Source: Spirochaetia bacterium (GTDB taxonomy: Bacteria; Spirochaetota; Spirochaetia; UBA9216). Taken from it: a stretch of DNA of 64,000 nt. Made by a program: the position numbers and the translations under genes. The stretch lies in contig CAXXYH010000003.1 in assembly GCA_963677925.2 (NCBI GenBank), positions 1,408,001-1,472,000 of the forward strand, written 5' to 3'. The notes beneath the pieces are model-generated. The model was not told where the DNA came from. It did no database searches and worked only from the letters and a program-made list of their open reading frames with translations. This document shows positions 20,517-30,730 of the stretch, piece by piece (position 1 is the first letter of the stretch; the number at the start of each line of letters is the position of its first letter).

Positions 20517-20615
20517 TTTAATTTCCTCCAATAATCCAAACACGTCTGTTTTGATGAGCTTATATAAAATTATAAGCTCATAATTTTGCCTGCGAAATTG
20601 GACATTTTTGTTTTC

Positions 20616-20634
20616 AGTGTTCAATTATTGACAT
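20616..20634. promoter_or_regulatory. Candidate regulator site shared with 25637-25655
   Basis: AGTGTTCAATTATTGACAT; 17/19 match to AGTATTCAATAATTGACAT; palindromic core TCAAT-W-ATTGA. Confidence 0.65.
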
Positions 20635-20653
20635 AAAAGTAATTTTTACTGAC

Positions 20654-22387
20654 TTATCGTATCTCAACAGCTGGATTTATTTTTAATTCGATTTTTATAC
20701 CTCCCATATCGCTTAAAGATATAAAAACCCCGCAGTCTCTACCGTAAACAAGAACCAGACGGCGGTTGATATTTGTTAAAGCATGATTTTCACTGAATCC
20801 TGAGTCATCTTTAAGATTATCGATCATTTTGGCAACGAGGGCTGTATCTGCTTCTTCTCCGTTATCTTCAATAATTATTGACAACAGATTTTCGGACCGA
20901 CGGTAACCTACATTTATTATTCCGTTTTCAAGGACATTTACCAATCCGTAATTATATGCATTTTCGATTACAGGCTGTAGAATCAGTTTGGGAACATTAA
21001 CCTCAGTAAGTTCGGCCGGAAGAGGCTGAATTACAACCTTTATTTTATCTTCAAACCTCATCTGCTGAACAGCAATATAGTTCTGCATATGTTCAACTTC
21101 TCTTGCGAGTGAGATATAATTTTTTGTTTCCTTATTGATAAAGCGATAGTATTTTGCAAGCGATGTTACAAATTTTGTTATCTGTTCATAATCCTCATTC
21201 ATCGCCATTCTATTAATTATGAAAAAACTGTTGTAAAGAAAATGGGGATTAATCTGGGACTGAAGCTGGGCCAATTCAGCATTCTGAATAAGGTTCTCCT
21301 GCTCATAAATATTATTAATCAGCTCCTGAATATAGGTAGCGGTTTTATTAAATCCATGGTAGATATAATTAAACTCATCGTGGGGTTCATGGTAGATTCT
21401 TACACTGAAATCATCGTTCTGTATCTTCTCAAATGCAGACATTATCTCATGCAGCGGTTTTATAACTGCTTTCTTTGTGAAAATAAGTGAGAAAATGAAC
21501 ATAAGACCTATAATCAGCATCAATGCGGTAAGAACCGAAATATACCTGGTGAGCATACCTGTAATTATTTTTTTGTCGGTAAAGGAGATGATCGACATAG
21601 GATATTTACTGCTCCTGAGCACAATAAACTGATAGTCTCCTGCCTCAGTTACAGTCTCTTCCGGCGAACTGCTGATTATTTCAAACAATTCATCAGCATG
21701 ACTCTCAACAATACCTTCCGGATTATTCTCAAGGATGATTTCTTCTCTGGTCTGAAACCATATTCCGGCCCCGCTGCCCCTCTCATTTCTTAAAAGTTTA
21801 AGAGATTCTGTAAGTTCAGCTTTTGAAAGTATAATCTGTATATTAAAATCCGGTATATAATCAGTGCTGGAAGATGAAGTCAGAGGATATGAAAAGTTCA
21901 TTGCAAGCCTGTCTTCAACTGAAATAAGGGTGTTTAATCTCATACCCGGATCAGGCTCATCAAAGCAACCGGATACACAGTCCTGATAGCCCTCTCTGGA
22001 GGACAGGATGATATGCTGTTCGGGAAAGGTCAGAATAATATCCTCAATAAGCAGATCCACGGATTTGCTTGACTCAATTTCCCGCAGCAGATTCAGGATC
22101 AGCTGGGTTCTTTCATAGTTATTATTATATACCGAGTAGGCAAGCTTTCTGATATCATCAGTATTCATCAGATTTATCTGCTGATTATGAATTATATCAA
22201 GCTGCTGTTCCAGGTTGCCCAGATATGCCTCTATCCGGCTAGTGTTCTGAGATATCTGCTCTTCGCTCGTCCTGTTTATATTACTCAGGAACATCCATAT
22301 TATTACAATATAGATGACTACAAACGTGAGCAGATACACAATGAAAAGTCTTTTAAAAACGCTGAATTTATTAAAACCTGCAATCAT
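20654..22387 (-). CDS. YesM-type sensor histidine kinase
   Basis: Two TM helices, HAMP, LQSQINPHFLYN, PKLILQPVIENA, EDNG. Confidence 0.93.
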   Translation of the reverse strand: MIAGFNKFSVFKRLFIVYLLTFVVIYIVIIWMFLSNINRTSEEQISQNTSRIEAYLGNLEQQLDIIHNQQINLMNTDDIRKLAYSVYNNNYERTQLILNLLREIESSKSVDLLIEDIILTFPEQHIILSSREGYQDCVSGCFDEPDPGMRLNTLISVEDRLAMNFSYPLTSSSSTDYIPDFNIQIILSKAELTESLKLLRNERGSGAGIWFQTREEIILENNPEGIVESHADELFEIISSSPEETVTEAGDYQFIVLRSSKYPMSIISFTDKKIITGMLTRYISVLTALMLIIGLMFIFSLIFTKKAVIKPLHEIMSAFEKIQNDDFSVRIYHEPHDEFNYIYHGFNKTATYIQELINNIYEQENLIQNAELAQLQSQINPHFLYNSFFIINRMAMNEDYEQITKFVTSLAKYYRFINKETKNYISLAREVEHMQNYIAVQQMRFEDKIKVVIQPLPAELTEVNVPKLILQPVIENAYNYGLVNVLENGIINVGYRRSENLLSIIIEDNGEEADTALVAKMIDNLKDDSGFSENHALTNINRRLVLVYGRDCGVFISLSDMGGIKIELKINPAVEIR

Positions 22388-22417
22388 ATCCTGTTTAGAA
22401 TAACACGACTTTGCAGA

Positions 22418-23317
22418 TTAATTACTCCTAAAATATCCTGCAATTTCCTGCAGAGCTTCTTCGGTTTCAGGACTGTTAAACAGCGGAAATACATGGAACA
22501 GCCCATCCCAGACTTTCAGACTGACATCAACACCCGCCTCACAGCATTTATTGTATATCAATTTTGAATCATCAAGCAGAACTTCTTCACTCCCGACATG
22601 GATCGCGAGTTTTGGAAAACCTTGAAAATCACCATAGGCCGGAGATACATAGGGACTTTTAAAATCTGCATTCCGGTAGTATGGAACAACACCTTCATAG
22701 CTTATCATAGGATCCCGTTCATCAAGATCATCATGAGAAGGAAGCGCTATTTCCTGGCCGGCAACGGGGGAAAATACAAATGTTTTTCCCGGAAGTTCAT
22801 CGCCATGATCTTTTAAAAACAGCGTCATCGTGAGGGTAAGCATGGCACCGGCAGATTCACCGAAAACATAGATATCTTTTCCGCTATACCCCATTGATAT
22901 AAGCCAACGGTATGCGGCAACACAGTCATTGAGCGCCTGAGGGTGTTCGGTTTCAGGCCACTGCCCGTATTCAACGGATAGTGCGTCAATCTTCACATGC
23001 TCCATAATGTCATGACAGAGTTTCCGCCGTGATTTAACCGAGCCGTTCATGAAACCGCCGCCGTGAAGAAAAAGCAGCACTCTGCCCTTCAGTTTTTCGG
23101 GATCATTTTCATCATAGGTGTAGAGTGCACCTTCAAAATCTTTTGTTTTTATCGCTTCAATACTGATGCTGTCACTGAACGGAAGGCTTCCGAGTATATC
23201 ATCTATTCTGCCCCTGTCCTCCAGAGCACTTTCGGCTGTAACAGCCTTTCCTGCATTCCGCTTTTTTTCATTGTGGAGCATTTCAATTGCTCCCTGTATT
23301 TCTTTACTCAGCATCAT
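22418..23317 (-). CDS. HSL-family esterase (alpha/beta hydrolase)
   Basis: HGGG, GESAG, EVLLDD, LFHVF. Confidence 0.92.
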   Translation of the reverse strand: MMLSKEIQGAIEMLHNEKKRNAGKAVTAESALEDRGRIDDILGSLPFSDSISIEAIKTKDFEGALYTYDENDPEKLKGRVLLFLHGGGFMNGSVKSRRKLCHDIMEHVKIDALSVEYGQWPETEHPQALNDCVAAYRWLISMGYSGKDIYVFGESAGAMLTLTMTLFLKDHGDELPGKTFVFSPVAGQEIALPSHDDLDERDPMISYEGVVPYYRNADFKSPYVSPAYGDFQGFPKLAIHVGSEEVLLDDSKLIYNKCCEAGVDVSLKVWDGLFHVFPLFNSPETEEALQEIAGYFRSN

Positions 23318-25583
23318 TTTCCCCTTTGTTCATCTTTTCCAGTATCTTCCTGCAGTAGTCGAAATCGAGTGCGCCTCCGAATGAAACAAGATTCCGAAGC
23401 GGCATGTTGTTTATCATTTCTTTGAACATCAGGTCGGTGCCCTCTCCAAGAACTTCATTCTCAGGGTCAGAGCCGGAGAGTGCATTTGTAAATTTCCTCA
23501 CAGCATCTTTCAGAACCTCTTTACCGTAGTCGGTCTTCATCATATCGCCGAGTGTACTATTCATGTGATAAACAACCGGAATTTCCACGGTTGATTCAAT
23601 ATTGATTTGTCCTGACAGAACAATGTTTCTTGAAGATTTACCGATTCGTATCTCATACACACCGGATTCAGCATACCAGTCATGGATTTCTGTATTGAAG
23701 TATGCAAAAGAACGTTTGGAAAGAACAAAGCTTACAGTGACAGTCTGCCCCGGGGCAAGTTCGATCTTCTCAAAGCCTTTGAGCTCCTGAACAGGACGTA
23801 TAATACCTGTATCCGGGGGAGACACATACAGCTGCACTACTTCTTTTCCCCGAACCTTTCCGGTATTTGTAACATCAAGGCTGACCTCTACTGTATCTGT
23901 ATCTGTATCCTTTGCTTTCTGTTTACTTATTTTCAAATTGCTGTATTCGAAAGAAGTGTAACTCAGTCCGTGCCCGAACGGAAATAGAACTTCCATCTCT
24001 TTTTTATCATAATACCTGTATCCGACAAAAACACCTTCTCGGTACTCAACGGTATCCTTTTCTCCCTTGTAAAAGAGATATGAGGGGTTATCCTGAAGCT
24101 TCAGCGGAAAGGTTTCTGCAAGCCTGCCGGATGGATTCACATCACCGTACAGGCACTGAACCACCGCACCGCCTACTGCCTGGCCTCCCAGATAAGCTTC
24201 AAAGAGGCCTTTAACCTTATCAACCCACGGCATCTCAACCGGTGAGCCGTTATGAAGAACTACAACAATATTCGGGTTAACAGCGGATAATTCCTCTATA
24301 AGCCTGTTCTGGTTTGCAGGAAGCCTCATGTGTTCACGATCAAAGCCTTCCGATTCATAAATATCAGGCAGTCCTGCAAAGACAACCACAATGTCGGCAG
24401 CAGAGGCAGCCTTCAGCGCATCATCCGCCTTTTTATCATCGTAGATATCGGTCTTGGTATCAAAGCCTTCAGTATAGGTAACCTTATATTCTTCTGCCTG
24501 CTGCAGAGCAGATTCAATCTTTGATGCATTTATGTGTGAACTGCCGCCGCCCTGGTATCTGGGCTTTTCAGCGAAGCCGCCGATAAAGGCCACCTGCTTA
24601 TCCTTTGAAAGAGGGAGTATATCCTCATTCTTTAGAAGAACAATACACTCAGACGCTGTCTGCCTTGCCTTCTCATGGTCTGCATCACGGTCAAAAACGG
24701 AATCAGGTTTCCGGTTTTTCTCGAACCTTTCGAGAATTCCCAGTATGCGTGCAGCCGCACGATCAACTACAGCCTCATCCAGAATGCAGGATTCAACAGC
24801 CTCAACTATCAGCTTGTCATTAATACCGTTTGAATCAGGCATTTCAAGATCCAGTCCTGCAGCCAGATCCGGAACCCTGTCGTTAACAGCACCCCAGTCG
24901 CTGACAACAAAGCCGTCAAAACCCCACTCTTTCCTGAGAACATCAGTAAGATAGGTTTCATTTTCAGCTGCATATACACCGTTTATCCTGTTGTATGAGC
25001 ACATTACCGTCCAGGGTTTTGATTCTTTGACAGCATATTCAAAAGCCGCAAGATAGATCTCGCGAAGTGTTCTTTCATCAACCTCGGAACTTGACGACAT
25101 TCTCCTGTATTCCTGATTGTTAGCAAGGAAGTGTTTAATACTGGTTCCTACATTTCTGCTCTGTACACCCTTGATGAATGATGCAGCCATTGCAGATGTC
25201 AGCAATGGATCCTCGGAAAAATATTCGAAGTTCCGTCCGCAGAGAGGCGAACGTTTTATGTTAACAGCAGGCCCGAGAAGCACACCGACTCCTTCAGCCT
25301 GACATTCATTTCCCAGTACCGATCCAACCTGATTGATAAGAGATTTGTCGAAGGACGCGGCAAGCGCGCATCCTGCCGGGAAACATACAGCCTTTATGCT
25401 CTCATTTAAACCCAGATGATCAGCATCTGCCTCCTGAGTCCGGAGCCCATGAGGTCCATCGCTTACCATGAGGGAGGGGATGCCGAGTCTCTCAACGGGT
25501 TTGGTTCTCCAGAAGTCCAGTCCGGACAATAATCCGGCCTTCTCCTCCAGGGTCATATCAGAAATTAATTTGTTTATATCCAT
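23304..25583 (-). CDS. GH3 beta-glucosidase with Fn3-like domain
   Basis: SDGPHGLR, GRNFEYFSEDP, KHFLANNQE, SDWG nucleophile, ESEGFDR, FPFGHGLSYT. Confidence 0.95.
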   Translation of the reverse strand: MDINKLISDMTLEEKAGLLSGLDFWRTKPVERLGIPSLMVSDGPHGLRTQEADADHLGLNESIKAVCFPAGCALAASFDKSLINQVGSVLGNECQAEGVGVLLGPAVNIKRSPLCGRNFEYFSEDPLLTSAMAASFIKGVQSRNVGTSIKHFLANNQEYRRMSSSSEVDERTLREIYLAAFEYAVKESKPWTVMCSYNRINGVYAAENETYLTDVLRKEWGFDGFVVSDWGAVNDRVPDLAAGLDLEMPDSNGINDKLIVEAVESCILDEAVVDRAAARILGILERFEKNRKPDSVFDRDADHEKARQTASECIVLLKNEDILPLSKDKQVAFIGGFAEKPRYQGGGSSHINASKIESALQQAEEYKVTYTEGFDTKTDIYDDKKADDALKAASAADIVVVFAGLPDIYESEGFDREHMRLPANQNRLIEELSAVNPNIVVVLHNGSPVEMPWVDKVKGLFEAYLGGQAVGGAVVQCLYGDVNPSGRLAETFPLKLQDNPSYLFYKGEKDTVEYREGVFVGYRYYDKKEMEVLFPFGHGLSYTSFEYSNLKISKQKAKDTDTDTVEVSLDVTNTGKVRGKEVVQLYVSPPDTGIIRPVQELKGFEKIELAPGQTVTVSFVLSKRSFAYFNTEIHDWYAESGVYEIRIGKSSRNIVLSGQINIESTVEIPVVYHMNSTLGDMMKTDYGKEVLKDAVRKFTNALSGSDPENEVLGEGTDLMFKEMINNMPLRNLVSFGGALDFDYCRKILEKMNKGENDAE

Positions 25584-25589
25584 TTTTTA

Positions 25590-25655
25590 ATTATAGAGCC
25601 TGTAATGCAATCTGTTAATTTAAAAAAATTGATATTAGTATTCAATAATTGACAT
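25590..25655 (-). promoter_or_regulatory. sigma70-type promoter (probably leaderless) plus upstream shared regulator site
   Basis: TTAACA (25618-25613), 17 bp, TATAAT (25595-25590), 6 nt, ATG. Site AGTATTCAATAATTGACAT at 25637-25655. Confidence 0.65.
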
Positions 25656-25664
25656 TGTCAATGT

Positions 25665-26690
25665 TCAGATTCCTGAGGTAAGTGACAGCCTCATCTCCCG
25701 GGCCTCTTTAATTCTTGCACGTTTCGCGCGGTAATTCCTTAAAGAATTCTGGTTAGCCAGGAAAACAAGAAACCCTATGAATGCAAACATATTCAGGGCA
25801 ACCTGCAGGGCTGACGGCAGTTTCAATGCTGTTAAACCCAGCACGAAAAATTTCAGAGCCAGAGTTCCCATAAGTATTCCGACAGCAAGGTTTGAACGTC
25901 TTGCCAGATAATTTCCTATAAACATTGGAAAAGCCATTGAGACAACCGCACCGTTACTTGTCAGACCAATTGATGCAGTCATTGAACCGGTAAAGGCTGC
26001 ATTGAAAACTCCTGATACTGCAACCAGAGCTCCGGCTATTGTATAGCAGATTACAACATGGCGGAAAATATTAATGCCTGATTCCTGTGCAATCTTCTGT
26101 GAGCCCTGAACCGCATGCAGTTCATACCTGAACTTTGTCCAGGCAAACAGAATATACATACACAGCATTATTATACCGAGAACAATAAGAGTAAAAACAG
26201 GATTCACAAGGACTTCCATATCAGGCACACCGAAGAGCTGAAGCCCCTGACCCGAAGAAAAAGCGAATGCAATACTTTCATAGATAAGCGCCATTCCGAT
26301 TCCCAGCACTACCGGAGGGACTCTGAATGTGATAAATACAATTCCGACAATAAATCCAAAAATAAACCCGCACAGAACGGCAACTATAAGCAGACCAACA
26401 CCGTCCAGACCCAGCGATATTGCGATATGCCCGCCTATGATTGTTCCGACAAGACGCTGAGCCCCAAGCGAAAGATCGAATCGGCCGCTTGCGAGGTTCA
26501 GCGAAAGACCATAGGCAATAATTGTGGATATTCCGAGATCCCTAAGCAGGTTTCTGATATCAAGTACAGAATTGAGAAGATGGGTGCCGGCAGCCGCAAA
26601 GACTATCAATTCCATTATCAGGAACACTGCTGCCGGTATAAAAAGCACATATAAAATGTTAAAAATTATAGTTTTCATTTTACTGTTCAT
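25665..26690 (-). CDS. Monosaccharide ABC permease (RbsC-like)
   Basis: GRFDLSLGA, multiple TM helices, A..SGI motif. Confidence 0.88.
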   Translation of the reverse strand: MNSKMKTIIFNILYVLFIPAAVFLIMELIVFAAAGTHLLNSVLDIRNLLRDLGISTIIAYGLSLNLASGRFDLSLGAQRLVGTIIGGHIAISLGLDGVGLLIVAVLCGFIFGFIVGIVFITFRVPPVVLGIGMALIYESIAFAFSSGQGLQLFGVPDMEVLVNPVFTLIVLGIIMLCMYILFAWTKFRYELHAVQGSQKIAQESGINIFRHVVICYTIAGALVAVSGVFNAAFTGSMTASIGLTSNGAVVSMAFPMFIGNYLARRSNLAVGILMGTLALKFFVLGLTALKLPSALQVALNMFAFIGFLVFLANQNSLRNYRAKRARIKEAREMRLSLTSGI

Positions 26691-26728
26691 ATTATTTTTT
26701 CACCCACCTCTGCTTGACTGTATACTGA

Positions 26729-27949
26729 TTAAAAGCCCCGTCGCTTTATCAGATCTTCTGTTGAAAAGCTGTCGAGAACCTTGTAGATATCCGCAGTCGT
26801 AACTGAAGGATTATATACGGCCAGCATCTGCTTTACCTCATCACCTGTGTAGCTCCATGTCCCGGGGCCTGTGTCAAGCTTTTCAAGCTTCTCATAGTCT
26901 GCTTTATCCTTTACAACAAGCATGCCGGCGCCGAATATTGCCGCACGTCCGTCGGGTTTAATCAGATCAACATGCCCTGAAAGAGCATTGTAAATCATCA
27001 TAATACTGAATACATCCTGTGCAGTCAGTCCGCTGATTACCGCACCGTCAAGCGAAGGATTTCCTGTCGGATCAAGAGTTTCGAACGCTGTTTTAGTAGG
27101 AGGCCCGAAGGTTGCAGTACTAATGATCATGATATTTTTCCTGAGGGCTGCTTCAACTTCCTCTACTGCAGTAGCAAACACACTGGTAGTCGGATAAACA
27201 GACATCATGACATCATAGTCACCGGTCTGAAGAAGGCTGGAAATTCCCTGTACATAACCGTCCATATTGGGAAACCCGGGAGCTATTGTAATCTTGATAT
27301 CTGACCCCGTATCAACATCTGTTATAGCTCTGGCTCTTGTAAGAGCATTGATATCCTCTTTGTAATTCAGACCGTAAATTTTCTGAATCTGACTGAGCAT
27401 GGTTGATGTAGCCTCGATGTGTGAAGTAACTCCAATACCTGCTCCGCCCGATACTATAATAAAATTACGGGGTTCTGAAGGATTCAGCTTTGCCGAAAGA
27501 AGCTCTTCATAGGCAGCGCCGACTTTCTTAAGATCAACACCTGTTATCCCCAGGTTGTATGGCATATCAGCAACATCTTCCGAATAGCGCGATGTGGTTG
27601 TAGCCAGGTATAATCCTAACTCATTACATTTAGCTGCTATCTGTTCAATATCGGTGATTGTACTGTAAACAGCATCTGCTCCTGCTGAATATGAGTTCTC
27701 GATAAAAGTGATCATTTCTTCAACATCATCAATAACATCAGAGAAAATAAAATCAACACCAATTGCCGGACCGATTTCTTCAGACAGGTAAGCCATCCTG
27801 GTCTGAGTCGTAGCATCTATTGCATACCAGCCTACAGCAATAGTAAAAGTTTCAGGACCCTCAGCCTCCTCTTTTGCTCCCCCTGCATACAATACTGTGC
27901 TTAACAGAAGAAACGAAATAATTAGAAAAAACACTCTCATTCTTTTCAT
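26729..27949 (-). CDS. Divergent sugar ABC substrate-binding protein
   Basis: Signal peptide ending YAGGAKEE; soluble; located between two RbsC-like permeases. Confidence 0.75.
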   Translation of the reverse strand: MKRMRVFFLIISFLLLSTVLYAGGAKEEAEGPETFTIAVGWYAIDATTQTRMAYLSEEIGPAIGVDFIFSDVIDDVEEMITFIENSYSAGADAVYSTITDIEQIAAKCNELGLYLATTTSRYSEDVADMPYNLGITGVDLKKVGAAYEELLSAKLNPSEPRNFIIVSGGAGIGVTSHIEATSTMLSQIQKIYGLNYKEDINALTRARAITDVDTGSDIKITIAPGFPNMDGYVQGISSLLQTGDYDVMMSVYPTTSVFATAVEEVEAALRKNIMIISTATFGPPTKTAFETLDPTGNPSLDGAVISGLTAQDVFSIMMIYNALSGHVDLIKPDGRAAIFGAGMLVVKDKADYEKLEKLDTGPGTWSYTGDEVKQMLAVYNPSVTTADIYKVLDSFSTEDLIKRRGF

Positions 27950-27974
27950 ACCAATCCCTCCTTATAGGATTTAA

Positions 27975-28940
27975 TTATATTGTTGGCGAAGGCAGCCTGT
28001 CAGGCCGCTTTTGACCAATAAATATCAATGTTAGAAATATGATCCCGCGAACCATCTGAAGGATCATAGGACTGACACCAAGCATCAGCAATCCGTTATT
28101 CAGAACAGTCACTGTGATTGCGCCAAGTATTCCTGCATAGATAAAAGACCTTGACCCGCCGAATATCGACATGCCGCCAAGAACAATTGATAGAACAACA
28201 TCCATATTCAGACTTGTAGCTGTGCTTATGCTGATGGTTCCGGAACGGATAATAACCATGATTGCAGCTAACCCGACACTGATTCCGGTAATAAAAAATG
28301 CCCATAAAAGATATTTTGACTCATAGAGACCTGTCTGGCCGGCACAGATTTTGTTTGAACCGATGAAACGGATTGCTCGGCCGACGCCTGTGCCGTGAAA
28401 GATTATCGCTGACAGTATAAAGAAAATCAGAAATGCAATTGGAGTAAAATTGGTCCTGGTAAGAGCAGTTGTCATCTGAAAAGGCAGAGTCAGCGTACTT
28501 GCTCCCAGAATTGTCTGCTGGATGGCTGAAAGAAGCATCATCATCACAATTGATACAAACATCACGCTGACCCGAAGAGCTGTACTGAGAATAGACATAA
28601 GCAGAAGCAGGATAATCCCGAAAACAACAGCTGTCAGCATCATCAGCAGAATTGACTCAGTTGCAAGATAAACCATTGAAGCAATAGTAGCGACAAGCGC
28701 CACGCTGGCACCCATCGCAATATTTACATTATTGGTTCCAAATATAAAAACAGCTCCGGTAGCTACAGTTCCTGTAATAAGTGCCTGATTAAAAACAATT
28801 TTCAAATTTCTGAAATTCAGAAATCTATCGCCTACAAATACAGCAAAGAATATACAGATCAGCAGTAAAACAAAGACCGGCATCATTCTTGTAAACCAGA
28901 GGCTCTCATACATCTGTAAAAGCTTTTTTCTCATCATCAT
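27975..28940 (-). CDS. Monosaccharide ABC permease (RbsC-like)
   Basis: FLNFRNL, GRAIRFIGSN, IVLGGMSIFGG, LNNGLLMLGV. Confidence 0.9.
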   Translation of the reverse strand: MMMRKKLLQMYESLWFTRMMPVFVLLLICIFFAVFVGDRFLNFRNLKIVFNQALITGTVATGAVFIFGTNNVNIAMGASVALVATIASMVYLATESILLMMLTAVVFGIILLLLMSILSTALRVSVMFVSIVMMMLLSAIQQTILGASTLTLPFQMTTALTRTNFTPIAFLIFFILSAIIFHGTGVGRAIRFIGSNKICAGQTGLYESKYLLWAFFITGISVGLAAIMVIIRSGTISISTATSLNMDVVLSIVLGGMSIFGGSRSFIYAGILGAITVTVLNNGLLMLGVSPMILQMVRGIIFLTLIFIGQKRPDRLPSPTI

Positions 28941-28949
28941 ATTCCTGCT

Positions 28950-30566
28950 TTAAATCATAACCTCAATCAGTTTCTGCTCACTGGGCTGTTCACTTCGTAA
29001 AACCTCTGATACAACAGAACCGTCTTTCATTATCAGAATACGGTCACTCATCCCTATCAGTTCTGATAGTTCTTCACTGATCAGAAGAATTGACTTGCCC
29101 TCTTTTTTCATTTCATACATAAGCTTGTACATAGCCGCTTTGACACCTACATCGACACCGCGAGTCGGACAATCCATAATCAGTATCTGTGAATCAGCAG
29201 CGATCCATTTTCCAAAAACAACCTTCTGTTTATTACCGCCTGAAAGAGTTGAAACAAGATGATTTCTGGAGGCTATTTTTATTGATAATCCGTCGATCTG
29301 CCTGCTGACATAAGCCTGCTCTTTTCTGAAAGATATTAAAGGTCCGAATACCCTGTTAACCGAATATCCGGTACTTTGAATATTTTCTTTTATAGTTCCA
29401 AGCAGACCAAGAGATTCTGTATCCCTATCCTTCGAGAGATAGCCAATACCCTTGGCAATTGCAGTTTTGCTGTTTCTGATTATTGTTGCATCAGCCGTAC
29501 GGACCTCTCCGTCAAGCACTTCTTCGATGCCGAAAAGAGCTCTTCCTACGGTATGCATGCCGCAGTTCGAAAGTCCGCCGATGCCGAGGATTTCCCCCCT
29601 GTGAAGCTCCAGATCAAAACAGAGAAGCTCCTGCAGGGTAGTTATACAGTCAGCTTTAAGTACGATTTCATCTGAATATCCGTCGCTGTCATTTCTGTAG
29701 AAATGACCGGTAAGCGTTCGGCCGACCATCATCTGCTTAATTAACCCTTCCTCAAAATCCTGTTTATCAATGCTGCCGATAAAATGACCGTCACGAAGAA
29801 CATTCAGGCTGTCGCAATGCAGCATCATCTCATCAAGGTCATGACTGATAAACAGCACAGTACTTCCCCCGGCCTTCAGCTTTTTTATAACACGGTACAG
29901 TAATTCACGGCCTGAGTAGGACAGTGCAGTTGTTGTTTCATCAACTATAAAAACACGCGGATTCCAGTACATAGCCTTTGCAATTTCCAGAAGCTTTCTT
30001 TCCTGGGAATCAAGATGTGATGCTGGAGTATCGGCTCTGAAATCGCTTATGCTGTATCCGTCAAGGATTTTCTGAGCCTCTCTGAATAGTTCACTTCGAT
30101 TTATAAACAGGCCTTTTTTAAAAAGCCGCTCCTGTCCCAGGAATAAATTCTCAGCTACTGTAATATTGGATAATGTTCCCGTTTCCTGGACAATCATGGC
30201 GACGCCGTTTTTCTGAGCTTCAAGAATATTCTGAGGAGCCCACTCCTTGCCGTCAAGAAATATTTCTCCGCCGCTCCTGGACAGGATTCCCGCAAGAATA
30301 AGGGAAAGTGTTGATTTACCGCTTCCGTTCTCACCAACCAGACCGCAGATCTGCCCTCTGCCCACTGTAAATGACACATCATCCAGTGCGGTAGTTGCCC
30401 CGAACAGTTTTGAAATGTTTCGGAATTCGATAAAAGGTTTTATATCTGCTGCTTCAGCTGAGCCGGTGCGGCTGTCCTCACTGTTCATGCTGAAATTATA
30501 GGTATTGATTTTCCCATCCGCATGGACATATTGACCCCTAAAAGGACGTTCCTGCATATTTTTCAC
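28950..30566 (-). CDS. Sugar ABC ATP-binding protein (RbsA-like, two NBDs)
   Basis: GENGSGKS, DETT, ISHDLDE, LSGGNKQKV, PTRGVDVG. Confidence 0.95.
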   Translation of the reverse strand: MKNMQERPFRGQYVHADGKINTYNFSMNSEDSRTGSAEAADIKPFIEFRNISKLFGATTALDDVSFTVGRGQICGLVGENGSGKSTLSLILAGILSRSGGEIFLDGKEWAPQNILEAQKNGVAMIVQETGTLSNITVAENLFLGQERLFKKGLFINRSELFREAQKILDGYSISDFRADTPASHLDSQERKLLEIAKAMYWNPRVFIVDETTTALSYSGRELLYRVIKKLKAGGSTVLFISHDLDEMMLHCDSLNVLRDGHFIGSIDKQDFEEGLIKQMMVGRTLTGHFYRNDSDGYSDEIVLKADCITTLQELLCFDLELHRGEILGIGGLSNCGMHTVGRALFGIEEVLDGEVRTADATIIRNSKTAIAKGIGYLSKDRDTESLGLLGTIKENIQSTGYSVNRVFGPLISFRKEQAYVSRQIDGLSIKIASRNHLVSTLSGGNKQKVVFGKWIAADSQILIMDCPTRGVDVGVKAAMYKLMYEMKKEGKSILLISEELSELIGMSDRILIMKDGSVVSEVLRSEQPSEQKLIEVMI

Positions 30567-30694
30567 TATCCTTATCCTTTTTTATCCCGTACAACATAAA
30601 ACCACCCTCCTAAAACAGTTAAAATCTTTGCCTGGCTGCTCTTACCTGGAAATCCTCACGCTGTATGGATATTCGGCAACCTATCAGGATTTTC

Positions 30695-30722
30695 TTGACA
30701 CTTTGTTTTTTCACTATATACT
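30695..30722 (+). promoter_or_regulatory. sigma70 promoter of the AraC gene
   Basis: TTGACA (30695-30700), 16 bp, TATACT (30717-30722); in-frame ATG at 30731. Confidence 0.65.
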
Positions 30723-30730
30723 TTCAGTAT

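Noticed and set aside
20517-20624. N-terminal extensions in the ORF track (also 10795-10842, 30665-30730, 49822-49851, 60244-60309)
   Set aside because: They overlap promoters or neighbouring genes; SD sites, signal peptides or family N-termini point to the downstream starts.
23891-23909. (CTGTAT)3 repeat giving KDTDTDTV in the GH3 gene as a phase-variation site
   Set aside because: A 6-bp unit preserves frame and there are only three copies.
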